From contig NC_090356.1 in assembly GCF_035084215.1 (NCBI RefSeq), forward strand, positions 16,988,001-17,052,000: a stretch of 64,000 nucleotides of DNA, written 5' to 3'. This DNA comes from Heptranchias perlo (lineage: Eukaryota). Positions 51,560 through 63,337 of the stretch are shown here, piece after piece (position 1 is the first letter of the stretch; every line of letters starts with the position of its first letter). Position numbers and translations under genes: made by a program. The notes below the pieces were generated by a model. That model made no database searches. It was given only the letters and a program-made list of their open reading frames with translations, and was not told the DNA's origin.

Positions 51560-52040
51560 CAGGACCGAACCCTCAGCGCCCAGAGGCCGGGGCCCCAAAG
51601 CCTGACCCGGACTCCTTCCCCGAGAGTCCCGCCCTCCCAGGTCCTTTCACAGCGTCTCCCGCGGCTTAGCGGGGCCGCCGGCCAAGGCCGCTAAGAAGCG
51701 CGGCTGGAGCCAGTGCCCGGCCGGCTGCAACCCAAGGGCCTGAGCCCCGCGCCCCGGGCGCTGCTCCGCGGTCACCGAGCGAGTCCCGGGGAGGTCGCGG
51801 CATTTACCTCGACATGAAACCCGTCCAACGCCTTCCGAACGGGACCCCGGATCCTGGATGAGCAGCTGAACCACGTTCCCACCGGGATTTCCCCACCGCT
51901 CTCTCCCCGAGTGAATGAACCGAGACCCGGTACGGCGGCGAAGCAAAGCGGCGCTAATATGGCGGCCGCGGGCCGAGCTGGTGCAGCGCTCAAATACTTC
52001 CGGCTCGGCGCTCACCGGCTCCCTCTGGCGGCAGCTCCCA
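51560..52040 (-). promoter_or_regulatory. UBE2J2: CpG island: UBE2J2 promoter and non-coding exon 1 (donor GAG|GTAAAT at 51807)
   Basis: Sharp GC/CpG-rich island upstream of the first coding exon; YY1-like AATATGGCGGC (~51956-51966) and ETS/GABP-type ACTTCCGG (~51996-52003). Confidence 0.75.
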
Positions 52041-52099
52041 GCTTATCACCAGCAGCTCAGTCACTCCCCAGATGACGGCAACTGTACCAGGCGCCTCTC

Positions 52100-52560
52100 A
52101 ATCTGGCCAGCTGTACCTCCCATCTACAGTTCTCATCCTTGTGTTCTCCATGGCCTCGCCCCTCCCTATCTCTGTAACCTCCTCCAGATCCTACAACATC
52201 TCTGCGTTCCTTCAATTCTGGCCTCTTGTGCATCCCCTTCGCCAATGTGGGTCGGCGAGCACAGGGTCGATGGGGGAATGGGACGCTGCGAGCTAGAATT
52301 TCCTTCACCCCCACCATTGGCGGCCGTGCCTTCAGCTCTCTCGGCCCTTAGCTCTGGAATTCCCTTCCTAAACCTCTCCACCTCTCTCTCTTTTAAGACT
52401 CTCCTTAAAACCTACCTCTTTGACCAAGCATTTGGTCACCTGTCCTAATATCTCCTTATGTGGCTCGGTGTCAAATTTTGCCCGATAATGCTCTGGTGAA
52501 GCGCCTTGGGACATTTTACTACATTAAAGGCGCTGTATAAATGCAAGTTTTTGTTGTTGA
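52100..52560 (+). mobile_element. L2-clade LINE 3' end
   Basis: LHGLAPPYLCNLLQ...FKTLLKTYLFDQAFG and tail aaggcgctgtataaatgcaag..gttg; same family as 39850-40480. Confidence 0.75.
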
Positions 52561-53699
52561 TTCGGGAATTCTCCAGTTACTTCCTTATGCTGAATGCAAG
52601 AATCAGCTTCCATAGGTAAGCCCTTGCTTCCAATGAACTGAAGGGTAACCATATGCACAAAGTATCTAATAATGTAGCATACAATAAACTTTTTGTGCTC
52701 TCGATATGCTCACTGAATGTAGTAGGAGATACCTCATGCTCTCCAGATCTCTGATAGATGGACAAATAACACTGACCACAACTCTCAAGTTATTCACCTG
52801 GGCCCTTAATCAGGGAGAATCCACCGGGGGAGCAGGTGGAGATTGGCCAAGGATGTGTAGCATAGACAGAGGCCTGTGCTGTCTTCATATTTTATTAGAA
52901 AGTTGATCTTTTAAAAAAATGTGCTTAAACCTTTTATAATCTGTGACCGATTGCAGCTTTTTGCTCATTTAAATTTTAAAGGCCCTTCTACTACCTGCAG
53001 TAACGCATTGCACCAGGGACAGAGGCATCCTTGCCTCCAGCGTTGCACTGATGCAAATGATGGAAAAACCATCTGACATTTGTATAGCATTTCAATTCAC
53101 CTGCCCATATTCTGGGCACTTTAGATGAAACTCGGTAAGCAAATTGAGCACTGCACCTTGACAATAAATTAAGCAGCAAGTCCAGAGGTTTTGGTGTATG
53201 TACTCGAACGTGTGCAAACATCACATTGTGTACTCAGAAGCTACATCTGCCAAAACACTGTTCCCTCCTGTTTATAATGAAAAGCATAACAGAACAGGTA
53301 CTGTGGAGGGGAATTAAATGGATACAACAGGGAACAGAATACAAGCAACAGGGAGCAGTGCCAGCTCCTAATTCAGAAATGAGATGGTTTAGGGGCTGGA
53401 AGAGCAGTCCCAATCAAGGTAAGTCTTTTGTGTTGCATTTCCAATGCAAAAGTGCACTGACTGCCCTGGAATTTGCACTCTAGCTTGTTGCACTAATTAT
53501 GCATAGCTGCCAATGCAGCTTTTTCCATGTGCAGTGAACCAACCCAATGATGTAAGTGGAATTTCTGGTCAAGTTCAAATCAATGGGAATATGCACTTAA
53601 AGGTAAGTGCCTGCATATGCTGACAAATATTTATTTTGGCATTATCAAGGTTCAAAATCAGTGTCACATGTGAACTTTGGCCAAGGTGAGGATGAGAAA

Positions 53700-53930
53700 G
53701 GGGAAGAAGTGACATAGATAAACTGAAAGGAAACCTACTGTGGAGGCACAAACTGATTCAGTGGGCAAATTAATGAGCATTTCAGAGACAGCTAAACGAA
53801 CATGCAGTGAGCGAGGGGAGGGTTACCCAATTTGGCACCAGAGCAGCAGCAGGCTCAACGTCATGCACACATTGCCTGCAGAACCTGGGACCAGATGTCA
53901 GAACCCAAAGGAATCTGACACGTAAACATT
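53700..53930 (+). mobile_element. Harbinger Myb/SANT-like ORF relic
   Basis: Frameshifted W...RLN....RTWDQ pattern resembling trihelix Myb/SANT domains of PIF/Harbinger ORF2. Confidence 0.35.
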
Positions 53931-54419
53931 ATCCAACAATACCATGGACAGCCCAAATGTTGCTTGCTACGTCTCACCAATGCCAAGCCCTCACCCAACC
54001 TTACATTTGTTCTCTGCATCTCATGACAACCTGTACCTCAGGATGTCACACCTTCAATCTGCAATGTGGAATCAGGAACTTCACCACTCACATCTCATGT
54101 CACTTTAGAACAACCTAGCTGTATGCTGCACAGCCACTTACTAACACCCAGGATGATGTACAGGTTGTGCATGTCATTCATTGTACATGTGCTTCTTCAA
54201 CTTCCAACCTCAAGACAACTTTGCAACTACGATAACCAGATGCCACCTTCAGCCAAAAAAGCAGCCTCCAAGTCTCCTGTGATATGCCTAAGGCCCCGAG
54301 GGATCAGTAAATCAGCTTATTTTGAGCAAGGATGGGTCCATCACACCTACCTCAGGTACAGGCAGCTGTTTCGCTGTTGAATCGTCTGGAAATCCTCCCT
54401 GTCCTCCAGATCTCAGAGG

Positions 54420-54800
54420 GAAAGAGGATTTCCAAACAGGTGCACATCCCATGGCGGGGGGAAGACAGAAAGAGCGAGTGAAGAGAAAGGAACGAGAAGA
54501 GTGCAGAAGAAAGTGAGGAAAAAAGGTGGACAGAAGAGGGGAGAAAGAGGCAGAGGAGGAGGGACAAAAGGGACAAGGCAGGAGGACAATGGAATAAAAA
54601 GGGCCAAGGGAGAGAAAGGGACACGGATGGGGAGCGACAGAGAACAGCAACAGCAGGCAGACACAGAGGAGCGCATGCACACGAGCGCAAGGGGTGGGAC
54701 TCTGGGTGGACAGAAGACGCACATGACCATGAAGGGAGATAGAGAGCAAGTATCCCCACCAGTGGTGGGAGTGTTTGAAGGAAGAGGAAAGAGTATGAGA
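54420..54800. repeat. Purine-rich low-complexity tract
   Basis: GA-rich; produces overlapping spurious ORFs on both strands. Confidence 0.6.
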
Positions 54801-54989
54801 TGTTTTAGAATGTACAACACTTTTAGCCATCTGACAGGATTCCTGTTTTCAATCTCTGCAAATTCCAGTAATTAAGTTAGCACCATCATGGATAATTGTT
54901 AGAGCTATGCTGAGTTATCTCTGTTCAGCAGAAAGTGAACTACTTGAGATTGCAAGGATCATGGCTCCCTCACAGAAACTATTGCCAAG

Positions 54990-55500
54990 CTCTTTCCATA
55001 TTGTAAAAAAGATATAGAGGCACTGGAGAAGGTGCAAAAAAGATTTATAAGGATGATACCAGAACTGAGAGGTTATAAGTATCAGGAAAGATTGAACAGA
55101 CTAGGGCCCTTATCTCTGGAAAGAGAGAAGGCTGAGGGGTGACCTGATAGAGGTCTTTAAAATTATGGAAGGGTTTGATAGGGTAGACGTAGAGAAGATG
55201 TTTCCACTTGTGGGGGATGCCAAAAGTAGGAGCCATAAATATAAGATAGTCACTAATAAATCCAATAGAGAATTCAGATGAAACTTCTTTACCCAGAGTG
55301 ATTAGAATGTGGAACTCACTACCACAAGGAGTAGCTGAGGCATATAGAATAGATGCATTTAAGGGGAAGCTGGATAAGTATGAGGGAGAAAGGAATAGGT
55401 TATGCTGATAGGGTTAGAAGAGGGGTGGGAGGAAGCTCGTGTGGAACAGCAACTCCGGCATAGACCTGGCCCTGTTTCTGTGCTGTACATTCTATGTAAT
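54990..55500 (+). mobile_element. CR1 LINE 3' end
   Basis: KDIEALEKVQKRFIRMIP..RRLRGDLIEVFKIM..FFTQ..WNSLP and tail ctgtgctgtacattctatg. Confidence 0.8.
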
Positions 55501-56310
55501 TTGAACAAGTTTGAAAAGCCCCAACTATAATGGTGCACCATCACCACAAACATCGTCACATTGCTGAAGTGTTTTAGCTGACGAACAATTGCATTGTGCG
55601 ACAGATATCATGGTCTATCTAACACAATGTGGTTTTCCAAAGGACATATCATACATGGGAAAATACTTAGTGAGGTACGAGTGATAGTTTTGGTCCATTA
55701 AGCTGTAAACAGTAGTGAGGACTTGGGCACGGATACCTGTAATTTTACAAACCGGCTTCGCATTAAATCCCTACTCTACTGTACTATGGTTGCTATGCTG
55801 CCCTTTGCAGGAAACTATAATTCCCTTTTGTGCTATTTTTGTGATAGAGTGGAACCGATTATGGTTCCTTTTAAATGTGATGAAATATATTCATCAATTC
55901 TTCTACAGTACAAGAAAATCAATCACATGCTCAACCCCATTTACTGAGAATGGACCAGGTTCCTAGGGGGACACCAAATATACACACTTCTCCAGCCAGT
56001 GATGCTCCTCCCTAACCTCCTCTCCGCTGCTCAGTACTAGATTTTGCAAGTTATTGCATTTCACTACAAAAACTTTATTGAAGAATTTCACACACAATAT
56101 CTTTCATAGGAGTCAAGCATGCACAATAACGAAAAAGTCTTGTCAAATAAAATGTCAGGGACATAATCCACACAGAGCAGTGCCAAAATCTTTTCATGAA
56201 CTGACTTGAAAAAAAAGGTTTGTTGTAAACCTTTTGTTAAAATGGCAGCGAAGTCAGTCAGTTACAAGACAGATGAGAATTATTTACAGCAATTATTTAT
56301 GTTCGTTCCT

Positions 56311-56484
56311 TTAGTCGTAATGCACGATGCGTGAAAATACTCCAGTGGGTTCTCTGCCATCACCCAGTGCATCCAGCACGCCTTCTTCTCTCCTTCGCTT
56401 TGCTAGCGCTGCCAGGGACTTGAATGTCTTTGGTTCGTAAATAGCCAAATCTGCAAGAACCTTCCTGTTTAGCACCACTTGACT
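56311..56484 (-). CDS. MRPL20: MRPL20 exon 4 (last coding exon)
   Basis: tag acceptor; [57 protein letters not shown]; minus-strand AATAAA at 56074-56079. Confidence 0.97.
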   Translation of the reverse strand, partial: SQVVLNRKVLADLAIYEPKTFKSLAALAKRRREEGVLDALGDGREPTGVFSRIVHYD

Positions 56485-56671
56485 CTATCAAATACAAACA
56501 AGCATTTTTAATAAACAAAAAGCATAATACAATTTCCAAAACTAATTTTTACTTTCGTCTCAGGGCGTAAATGTTGTTAAAATGGAGATTCATATGCCCT
56601 CCAGTCAAAGAAAAAATGGAAGATATTAGTTAATATATAAACATGTTGAGTGGGTTGTAACATTCGACATC

Positions 56672-56744
56672 GTTCATCTGAGGAAGGAGGAAGCCTCCGA
56701 AAGCTTGCTGGACTATAACTTGGTGTTGTAAAATTGTTTACAAT
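56672..56744 (+). mobile_element. Short solo remnant of the same Penelope 3' end/pLTR
   Basis: ctgaggaaggaggaagcctccgaaagcttg...ctggactataacttggtgttgtaaaattgtttacaat, with a 19-nt deletion relative to the 49.4-kb copy. Confidence 0.8.
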
Positions 56745-57469
56745 CTATCGAAACAGGCATAGAAAACTTCTACGTCAAGCATGGTCAAAGCCCAACTCCC
56801 ACCCTGCTCGTAATCTAGCCAAGCTGCCAATGGCGCTTGGAGTCCCAGAGCTCGCCCAACTGAAGATTTCTATGAGCTTCACATTACCTGGAGATGGCTT
56901 GCTGCATTTTGGGCCTCCACGGGACTTTATGTGGGCTATGTCATAGGCAACTTAATATATCTATATTCACCTACATTAACTCATCTGTAGCCTCCCTCCT
57001 CCCCACAAGCCACACAGCATATCCCACCCAACAGGGCTGTTAGCCCATCTGCTCAATATTCCATTGATTTTTTTTTTATATGCTTTTATATTGCTGCATT
57101 AATTTTATTTTTCTTTGATTTGTGTCTACCCTTTTTTGTTATAATTTGTGCTGTATTAGATCTTCTGACTTTTATTGCTTTAGCAATAGGCCATCTATAA
57201 CCTGCCTGAGAGGGAGCTGAAATAATTCATCTGTGGACCAGATCTTAATCTTGATTTCAAAACGGAGACTGGGAATTTCTCATACGCACATCCTCTACGG
57301 CACCAGGTTTTATAAATCTGTAACATTGATGGCGCCCAGTGCGACCTTGGTTATTACAGAAATAAACAAGACTAAACAAAATAAGCGATGGTTCCCTGAT
57401 CTGTAGTTTAAAGTTTTCATTTTCCTACATCCTGTTGATTCTAGGTGACAGGAAGATGAACTACTAGGA

Positions 57470-57895
57470 ACAGACATTGTATTTACATAGTGCCTATACA
57501 TCCTGAAGCACTTCACAGACCAAATAATTACTTCTTTTTTTGAAGTGCAGTCTCTGTTATGTACGCAACCATTGCAGTCAATTTGCAAAAAGGAAGGTCC
57601 CAAAACAGCAAATTAGATAAACGACCAGTTATCTGTTTTAGCAGGGTTGTATGAAGGGTGGATGTTGGCTAGGACACTGGGAGAACTCTCATGTTCTTCT
57701 TCAGATAGTGTCATGGGATCTTTTATGTCTGCCAGTACAGGCAGATGGGGCCTCAGTTTAACATCTCATCTGTAAGACAGCACCTCTGACACTCCCTCAA
57801 TCAAGTGTTAGCCTAAATTACGTGCTCAAGTTCTGAATTGGGACTTGAATCCACCACCTTCTGCCTCGGAGGAGAGCGCTGACAACTAAGCCAAA
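57470..57895 (-). mobile_element. DeuSINE (SacSINE1-like)
   Basis: Reverse-complement tail, Deu core and tRNA-like head. Confidence 0.65.
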
Positions 57896-58022
57896 CTTAA
57901 CGCACGGGCCGAGAGAAACTCTCACAACATAGTGAACTCTAAAATAGTTTGCTCTTTGGACAGTAATTTAATTTGACAAAGGCAGTCAAGTCCATTGAAA
58001 TATTTATACATTGCACCCTCAC

Positions 58023-58100
58023 CTTAACCAGGTTACTGATCAGCATGGGATACTTCATTCCATGCTCACGGGAGGCGGCTGCTATCCTGCTTATCCAGAG
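58023..58100 (-). CDS. MRPL20: MRPL20 exon 3
   Basis: 78 nt, cag acceptor and GTGAGG donor; [26 protein letters not shown]. Confidence 0.96.
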
Positions 58101-58135
58101 CTGAAACAAAACAAAACATTCTTCATGTTTTTCAC

Positions 58136-58858
58136 AGAATCATAGAAAGGTTACAGCACGGAAAGAGGCCATTCGGCCCATTGAGTCCGTGCCGGCTCTA
58201 TGCGAGAGCAATCCAGCTAGTCCCGCTCCCCCGCCCTATCCCCATAGCCCTGCAAATTTTTTTCCTTTCAAGTATTTGTCCAGTTCCCTTTTGAAGGCCA
58301 TGATTGAATCTGCCTCCACCAACCCCTCGGGCAGTGCATTCCAGATCCTAACCACTCGCTGTGTAAAAAAGTTTTTCCTCATGTCACCTTTGGTTCTTTT
58401 GCCAATCACCTTAAATCTATGTTTTCTGGTTCTTGACCCTTCCGCAAATGGGAACAGTTTCTCTCTATCTAGATCCTTCATGATTTTGAATACCTCTATC
58501 AAATCTCGTCGCAACCGTCTCTGTTCCAAGGAGAACAACCCCAGCTTCTCCAGTCTATCCACGTAACTAAAATCCCTCATCCCTGGAATCATTCTAGTAA
58601 ATCTCTTCTGCACCCTCTCTAAGGCCTTCACATCTTTTCTAAAGTGCGGTGCCCAGAACTGGACACAATACTCCAGTTGTGGCCAAACCAGTGTTTTATA
58701 AAGGTTCATCGCGACTTCCATACTTTTGTACTCTATGCCTCTATTTATAAAGCCCTGGATCTCGTATGCTTTTTTAACCGCTTTCTCAACCTGCCCTGCC
58801 ACCTTCAACGATTTGTGCACAAATACCCCCAGATCTCTCCGTTCCTGTACCCCTTTTC
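58136..58858 (-). mobile_element. Young 5'-truncated CR1 LINE in MRPL20 intron 2
   Basis: Uninterrupted ORF2 C-terminus (ERRDLGV..LEYCVQFWAP..RRDLIEVFKIM..FFTQRVVRIWNALP) and a ttctatgattct tail ending ~35 nt from the exon 3 acceptor. Confidence 0.9.
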
Positions 58859-60020
58859 TTTCAACCATGACCTTTATTATAATCACAGGCTGTTTAGGGC
58901 AAGTAGATTTCTATGGAAGGATGTGTGTTGAATCACCTCCCTCATCTGTACTTGTCTTTATGATTTAAGATGCAGTGTATCCTTAATGTGGGGTTGGGTT
59001 CATACAGGGTCGGTATTTTGTGGTTCAGGTTGGTAAACACCAAAGTAAACAAGTTAGAATTGGACAGTTACATACAGAATTTACTACATATTTATGCAGA
59101 ATAAAGCGATTAATGAGGCCACCTTGTGTCACAGATTGAGGAGATACACAAAACTTGCTTGAACACTCTCGGAAGATGTAGAGTAGATTATACATATACC
59201 AGGGTAATTAAGGCACAATAATGAATGGCGGAGTCATTCCAGGACTGTCTCCACATCTTCTGACAGTGGTTACTGAAAGAAGACACTTTATCTTCTTAGC
59301 CATTAAGTAGTGGCACAGCTGACTGCCACCACCAGGACACAAAATCACCTGCACTCTCGAAACAGACAGAATAACCAGAAACTCTGTTTAACAGCTACTT
59401 GGTTAGGAAAAATGTCAACCGTGGAGCACTAATTTCAATCAGTCGACTGTTTTTGTATTGGTTATTTTATGAACAGTATTTCAGTAGTGTGTATAGTTCC
59501 AGGGAACATATACAACACTAACCTGAAGGACTAACTACATGAGCACCAACCCTATATTTTTGGCCACATTTCATCTTAAAATCACAAAGAAAATACATGT
59601 GCACAAAATCTCATTTTCATTAAGATGCCCCATTTTACTGTTTAAACATTTTGTTTTCTGCAGTTGCTTAACAATCCCTGGCTATCCTGACTGGCTATCC
59701 CTCTCTAGAACAACCACCATTGTTGGATTACAATGGTTAGCCCATGCCATTCTACAGCCTATTGCTGGTTTTCCTACCCAGTCTACACTGCACCATAACC
59801 CTTGGCTATTATTGGATATCCTGCTCTGTTGCACCACTCCATAAACCTACAGCCCCCACAATCACTGGGTGTGCTGCTCGGTCTACCTCCCTCACTCCAC
59901 GACCTTGACAATCGTTAGACCTCCTTTTCAGCTCGACTGCTGGATATCCTACCCGACTCGCACCATTTTATAAGCTTGCAGTTACCGCTCAATATCCTGC
60001 CTAACTCACATTACTCTATA

Positions 60021-60305
60021 ACCCCCAGCTATTGCTGTGTATCCTGCCTGCTCTGTGCCACTCTCACCCCCAGCTATTGCTGTGTATCCTGCCTGCTCTG
60101 TGCCACTCTCACCCCCAGCTATTGCTGTGTATCCTGCCTGCTCTGTGCCACTCTCACCCCCAGCTATTGCTGTGTATCCTGCCTGCTCTGTGCCACTCTC
60201 ACCCCCAGCTATTGCTGTGTATCCTGCCTGCTCTGTGCCACTCTCACCCCCAGCTATTGCTGTGTATCCTGCCTGGTCTGTGCCACTCTATAACCCCCAG
60301 CTATT
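60021..60305. repeat. 45-bp minisatellite, ~6.3 near-perfect copies
   Basis: Unit acccccagctattgctgtgtatcctgcctgctctgtgccactctc starting at 60021, 60066, 60111, 60156, 60201 and 60246. Confidence 0.95.
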
Positions 60306-60393
60306 ACTAGATATCCTGTCTAGGTCGCGTCGCTTTATAACCCCAGCTACTGTTGGGATATCCTGTTCGGTCGGGGTGTTGTTCCTTTTTTAC

Positions 60394-60504
60394 CGTCCTC
60401 ATGTTGCGCTTCTTGGTTTTCTTGGCTTTGGTGGAGTAGAGGAACGCTCTCCGCACGGACCGCACCGCCAGGCTGTAGCATCGGTTCTTCCTCCCTCGAA
60501 AATG
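60394..60504 (-). CDS. MRPL20: MRPL20 exon 2
   Basis: 111 nt, cag acceptor and GTAAAA donor; [37 protein letters not shown] (bL20 family). Confidence 0.96.
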
Positions 60505-60707
60505 CTGCGAAAACGAGAAAGAATCAAATGAGAATTAACCTGCTCACAGGGAGCGGCCCAACCGAGCCCGGGGATCCGACTGCGGACAGGCCTGGAGTTC
60601 ATCCGCTCCCATTAACTAAACGCGGATTCTCCTCACTCCACCCCACAATACTAGGCTCCGGCCAGTGAAGGTCACGCCGGCCTTAAGTCTCAACCCCCAC
60701 CTCTCAC

Positions 60708-60794
60708 CCGTGCGTGTTGCAGTATTTCCCGGACCCGCCAGTAGCGGTCGGGTCCGCGGCTCCGGATCCAGTGGGACAGCGAGAGGAAAACCAT
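60708..60794 (-). CDS. MRPL20: MRPL20 first coding exon
   Basis: MVFLSLSHWIRSRGPDRYWRVREILQHAR then GTGAGA donor; the four exons total 450 nt = 149 aa + stop. Confidence 0.96.
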
Positions 60795-61090
60795 CAGCGT
60801 AGAATTGCGCTCCGATCCCCGCCGCGTGTGTCGGAGGCCCGGCCCGCCTCCGGGCGATATTCGATACTGGGGGCGTGTTACAGGCTCGGCCCTTGGGGGG
60901 GGGGGGGGGGGGGGTTCTTTCCGAGTATATCACAAGCCCAGTCCGGGATGCTACGTGTTACCAGCGGCGTGAGAAGCAGGCGATGCCCGCTACCCAGGCT
61001 GTCCTCTATCCCTACTCTGGAGCGCCAAGTCCCAGGTGACGCATGCGCACTGCACTCTCCCGAGGTGGGCGGGGCCTGGACTGTATCAAT
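60795..61090 (-). promoter_or_regulatory. MRPL20: CpG-island promoter of MRPL20 with NRF1-like site and GC box
   Basis: CpG-rich; ACGCATGCGCA at ~61039-61049 (NRF1-like) and GGGCGGGG at 61067-61074; typical of nuclear-encoded mitochondrial genes. Confidence 0.7.
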
Positions 61091-62419
61091 GTATCAAATT
61101 AAGGGTGTATGAGGGTTCGAAATGGAATTTGGAACGTGGTGTATTTTTTTGGGAATTCCTGCCTGTTTATTGCTACAGTTTAAGCGACGGGCGAGAGTTT
61201 TACAACGAGATTCCACATTGAATATTTTTTTAGCGCACAGGTAGCTATTTGAACTTTTTTTTAGTGTACAGGCAGGTGTCTTAAAAGTAGACAGTCAGGT
61301 CTATCTCTCGCACATACAATTAGGCGGAAAGTCAGCCAGGTACAGTTAAAACTTTTTATTTAGCATGGAGGTGGTTTCGTTAAGGCCAGACCAGCACTAT
61401 CAGCTACAACTATCAAGCAAGCATTCTGTTTATGTAAAAATCATTGATGTATATAATCAAATCTACATTCACTGGACCCTTTACACTATCTAAAGCACAC
61501 AAATCAGGCTTTGATTTCCTATTTTAACTTTTCCTTTCAGTTTTAAACAATATTCTGCCTTAAAGTTTCTACTAAGTTTCCTTTACGATTAGCGGTATAG
61601 AAGTGCTTTACTTTTCCAATTATATTTCAACTGCAAAGGTACAGTCAAGGTGAGAAAGTTTCTTAGTTTAACAAAATCTGAGCATTTACTTTAGTAGTGC
61701 AAGAACAATAGTGAAAACGATTCAAATTCTAGGGACCTCTGGTGGGGCTCAACTGGCAAGGCCAAACATGCGAATAAATCTTATCTCTCGTATATTAACA
61801 CAGTCGAACCCAAGAAAGAGTTTCACACTTTATTCAGTAGGTCATTAACCAGTGTAACAGTAAGAATTTAGTGCTTCATTCTCTGGAGGAGTTCCAGTTG
61901 TAAACCCTGAAACAGCCATATGACCTAGAAAATATACAAAAATTGGAATTTTGCTTCCCAATTTACATTTAAAAACAGCCTGCCACAAAAAAATGGGCTG
62001 TCCAATCAAAAAACACATGCATAGTAACCACAGTATTATCTCCATATTATTGTATCACCTCTGATTACTCTACGTAGTGTAAATTGTCTGTTTCCGATGC
62101 TAAAGCTGTAAGACCAGAGTGTGTCAGGTTTATGCTCATTACTTTGTTCACAAGTGAACTTCATGGGATGATTTTTCTTATATTAATTTATACAGGCAAC
62201 TTCTGGGCTCCTGTTTGTCACTGGGGGTGGGGGGGGGAGGGAAAATCATATGAGCAGCCCTTTAAAAACTGCTATTAGCCTTTAAAAGGCTGCAATTATA
62301 TTAAATAGATATTTCAGCCTTTCCATAGGCTGTTTGGTGCAAAAAGTGGCTGGCACAACTCTGTCTAACACAATAAATGTGGAGTAGGAAATTGAGTCTG
62401 AAGGCATGTGATGGAGTAA

Positions 62420-62635
62420 CACAGCTTTTGAGTTCCCCATTTGATGGCTGGCACAGTGGAGGTGGATGCGATAAGGATTGCTTTGTTTGCCACTCCAGGA
62501 CTCTCTTTCCAGAGGATACCAGGGCAGCAAAACTGACAGGAGGTGGCTCCAAGCTCAATGCTGTTAGCACCCACCAGAACTAAGAAAAAACATGGAAGAA
62601 GATGGCATACCATAACAAAGTGGTCAAGGTAAGAA
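62420..62635 (+). mobile_element. Harbinger Myb/SANT exon relic
   Basis: Decayed LFP....KLNAVS...KKM..VVK ending in a GTCAAG|GTAAG donor. Confidence 0.4.
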
Positions 62636-63114
62636 TACCTGGCAGTCAAATTTACTAGGTTCATGGCCCACCTAGGCAAGCCACAAAGTGTTGCCGGGCA
62701 GTCCGTTGAACATTTACTGCTAGCCTATACCACACAAACGTTTAGCTTTTTTATTGTTGGCCATGCATATCCATTGGGCACATATTACAGAATAACTAAT
62801 TTAAAATCAGAAGCCTTGGCACACTAAACACCTTGAAAGGATTTCACATATCAAAATGCTGGAAAACAACTGCGCTTCATGATACATGATTGCTTAATAA
62901 CACTCATGACGGGCTGAAGCTTCAGCACATGTCTGTCACTGTCCATATGCTCCTTCAACTTACAACATGTCAAGACCACGTTTCTGCTTGTAAAAACACC
63001 ACCTAATACAAAGGTGGTGAATCGGAGGAGGGTCATCCCAAAGCTGTCAATTTGCACACACCAAGGTCCCACAGAGAAGGTGAAACTGCAAGTCTCCCTC
63101 AAGCTATGGGTTAT

Positions 63115-63337
63115 AAACATAGAAAATAGGAACAAGAGTAGGCCATTCGGCCCTTCGGGCCTCCTCCGTCATTCAAAATGATCATGGCTGATCGTCTAAC
63201 TCAGTACCCTGTTCCCGCTTTTTCCCCATATCCCTTTAGCATTAAGAAATATATCTATCCCCTTCTTGAATATATTTAATGACTTAGCCTCCACTGCCTT
63301 CTGTGGTAGGGAATTCCACAGGTTCACCACCCTCTGA
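63115..63337 (-). mobile_element. CR1 LINE 3' terminus
   Basis: Reverse strand QRVVNLWNSLPQKAVEA; tail acatagaaaataggaacaagagtaggcc on the plus strand. Confidence 0.8.

Noticed and set aside
51473-52448. Overlapping ORFs on both strands
   Set aside because: CpG island plus L2 fragment; GC-rich sequence yields chance ORFs
54312-54875. Several overlapping 120-170-aa ORFs
   Set aside because: GA/CT low complexity lacks stop codons by composition; no domain signal
58236-58886. 216-aa ORF
   Set aside because: Truncated CR1 ORF2 C-terminus, not a cellular gene
59976-60531. Cys-rich and Pro-rich repetitive ORFs, and a superficial CRISPR-like periodicity
   Set aside because: These are translations of a stop-free 45-bp minisatellite. 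The units are contiguous with no unique spacers, and the array is intronic in MRPL20.
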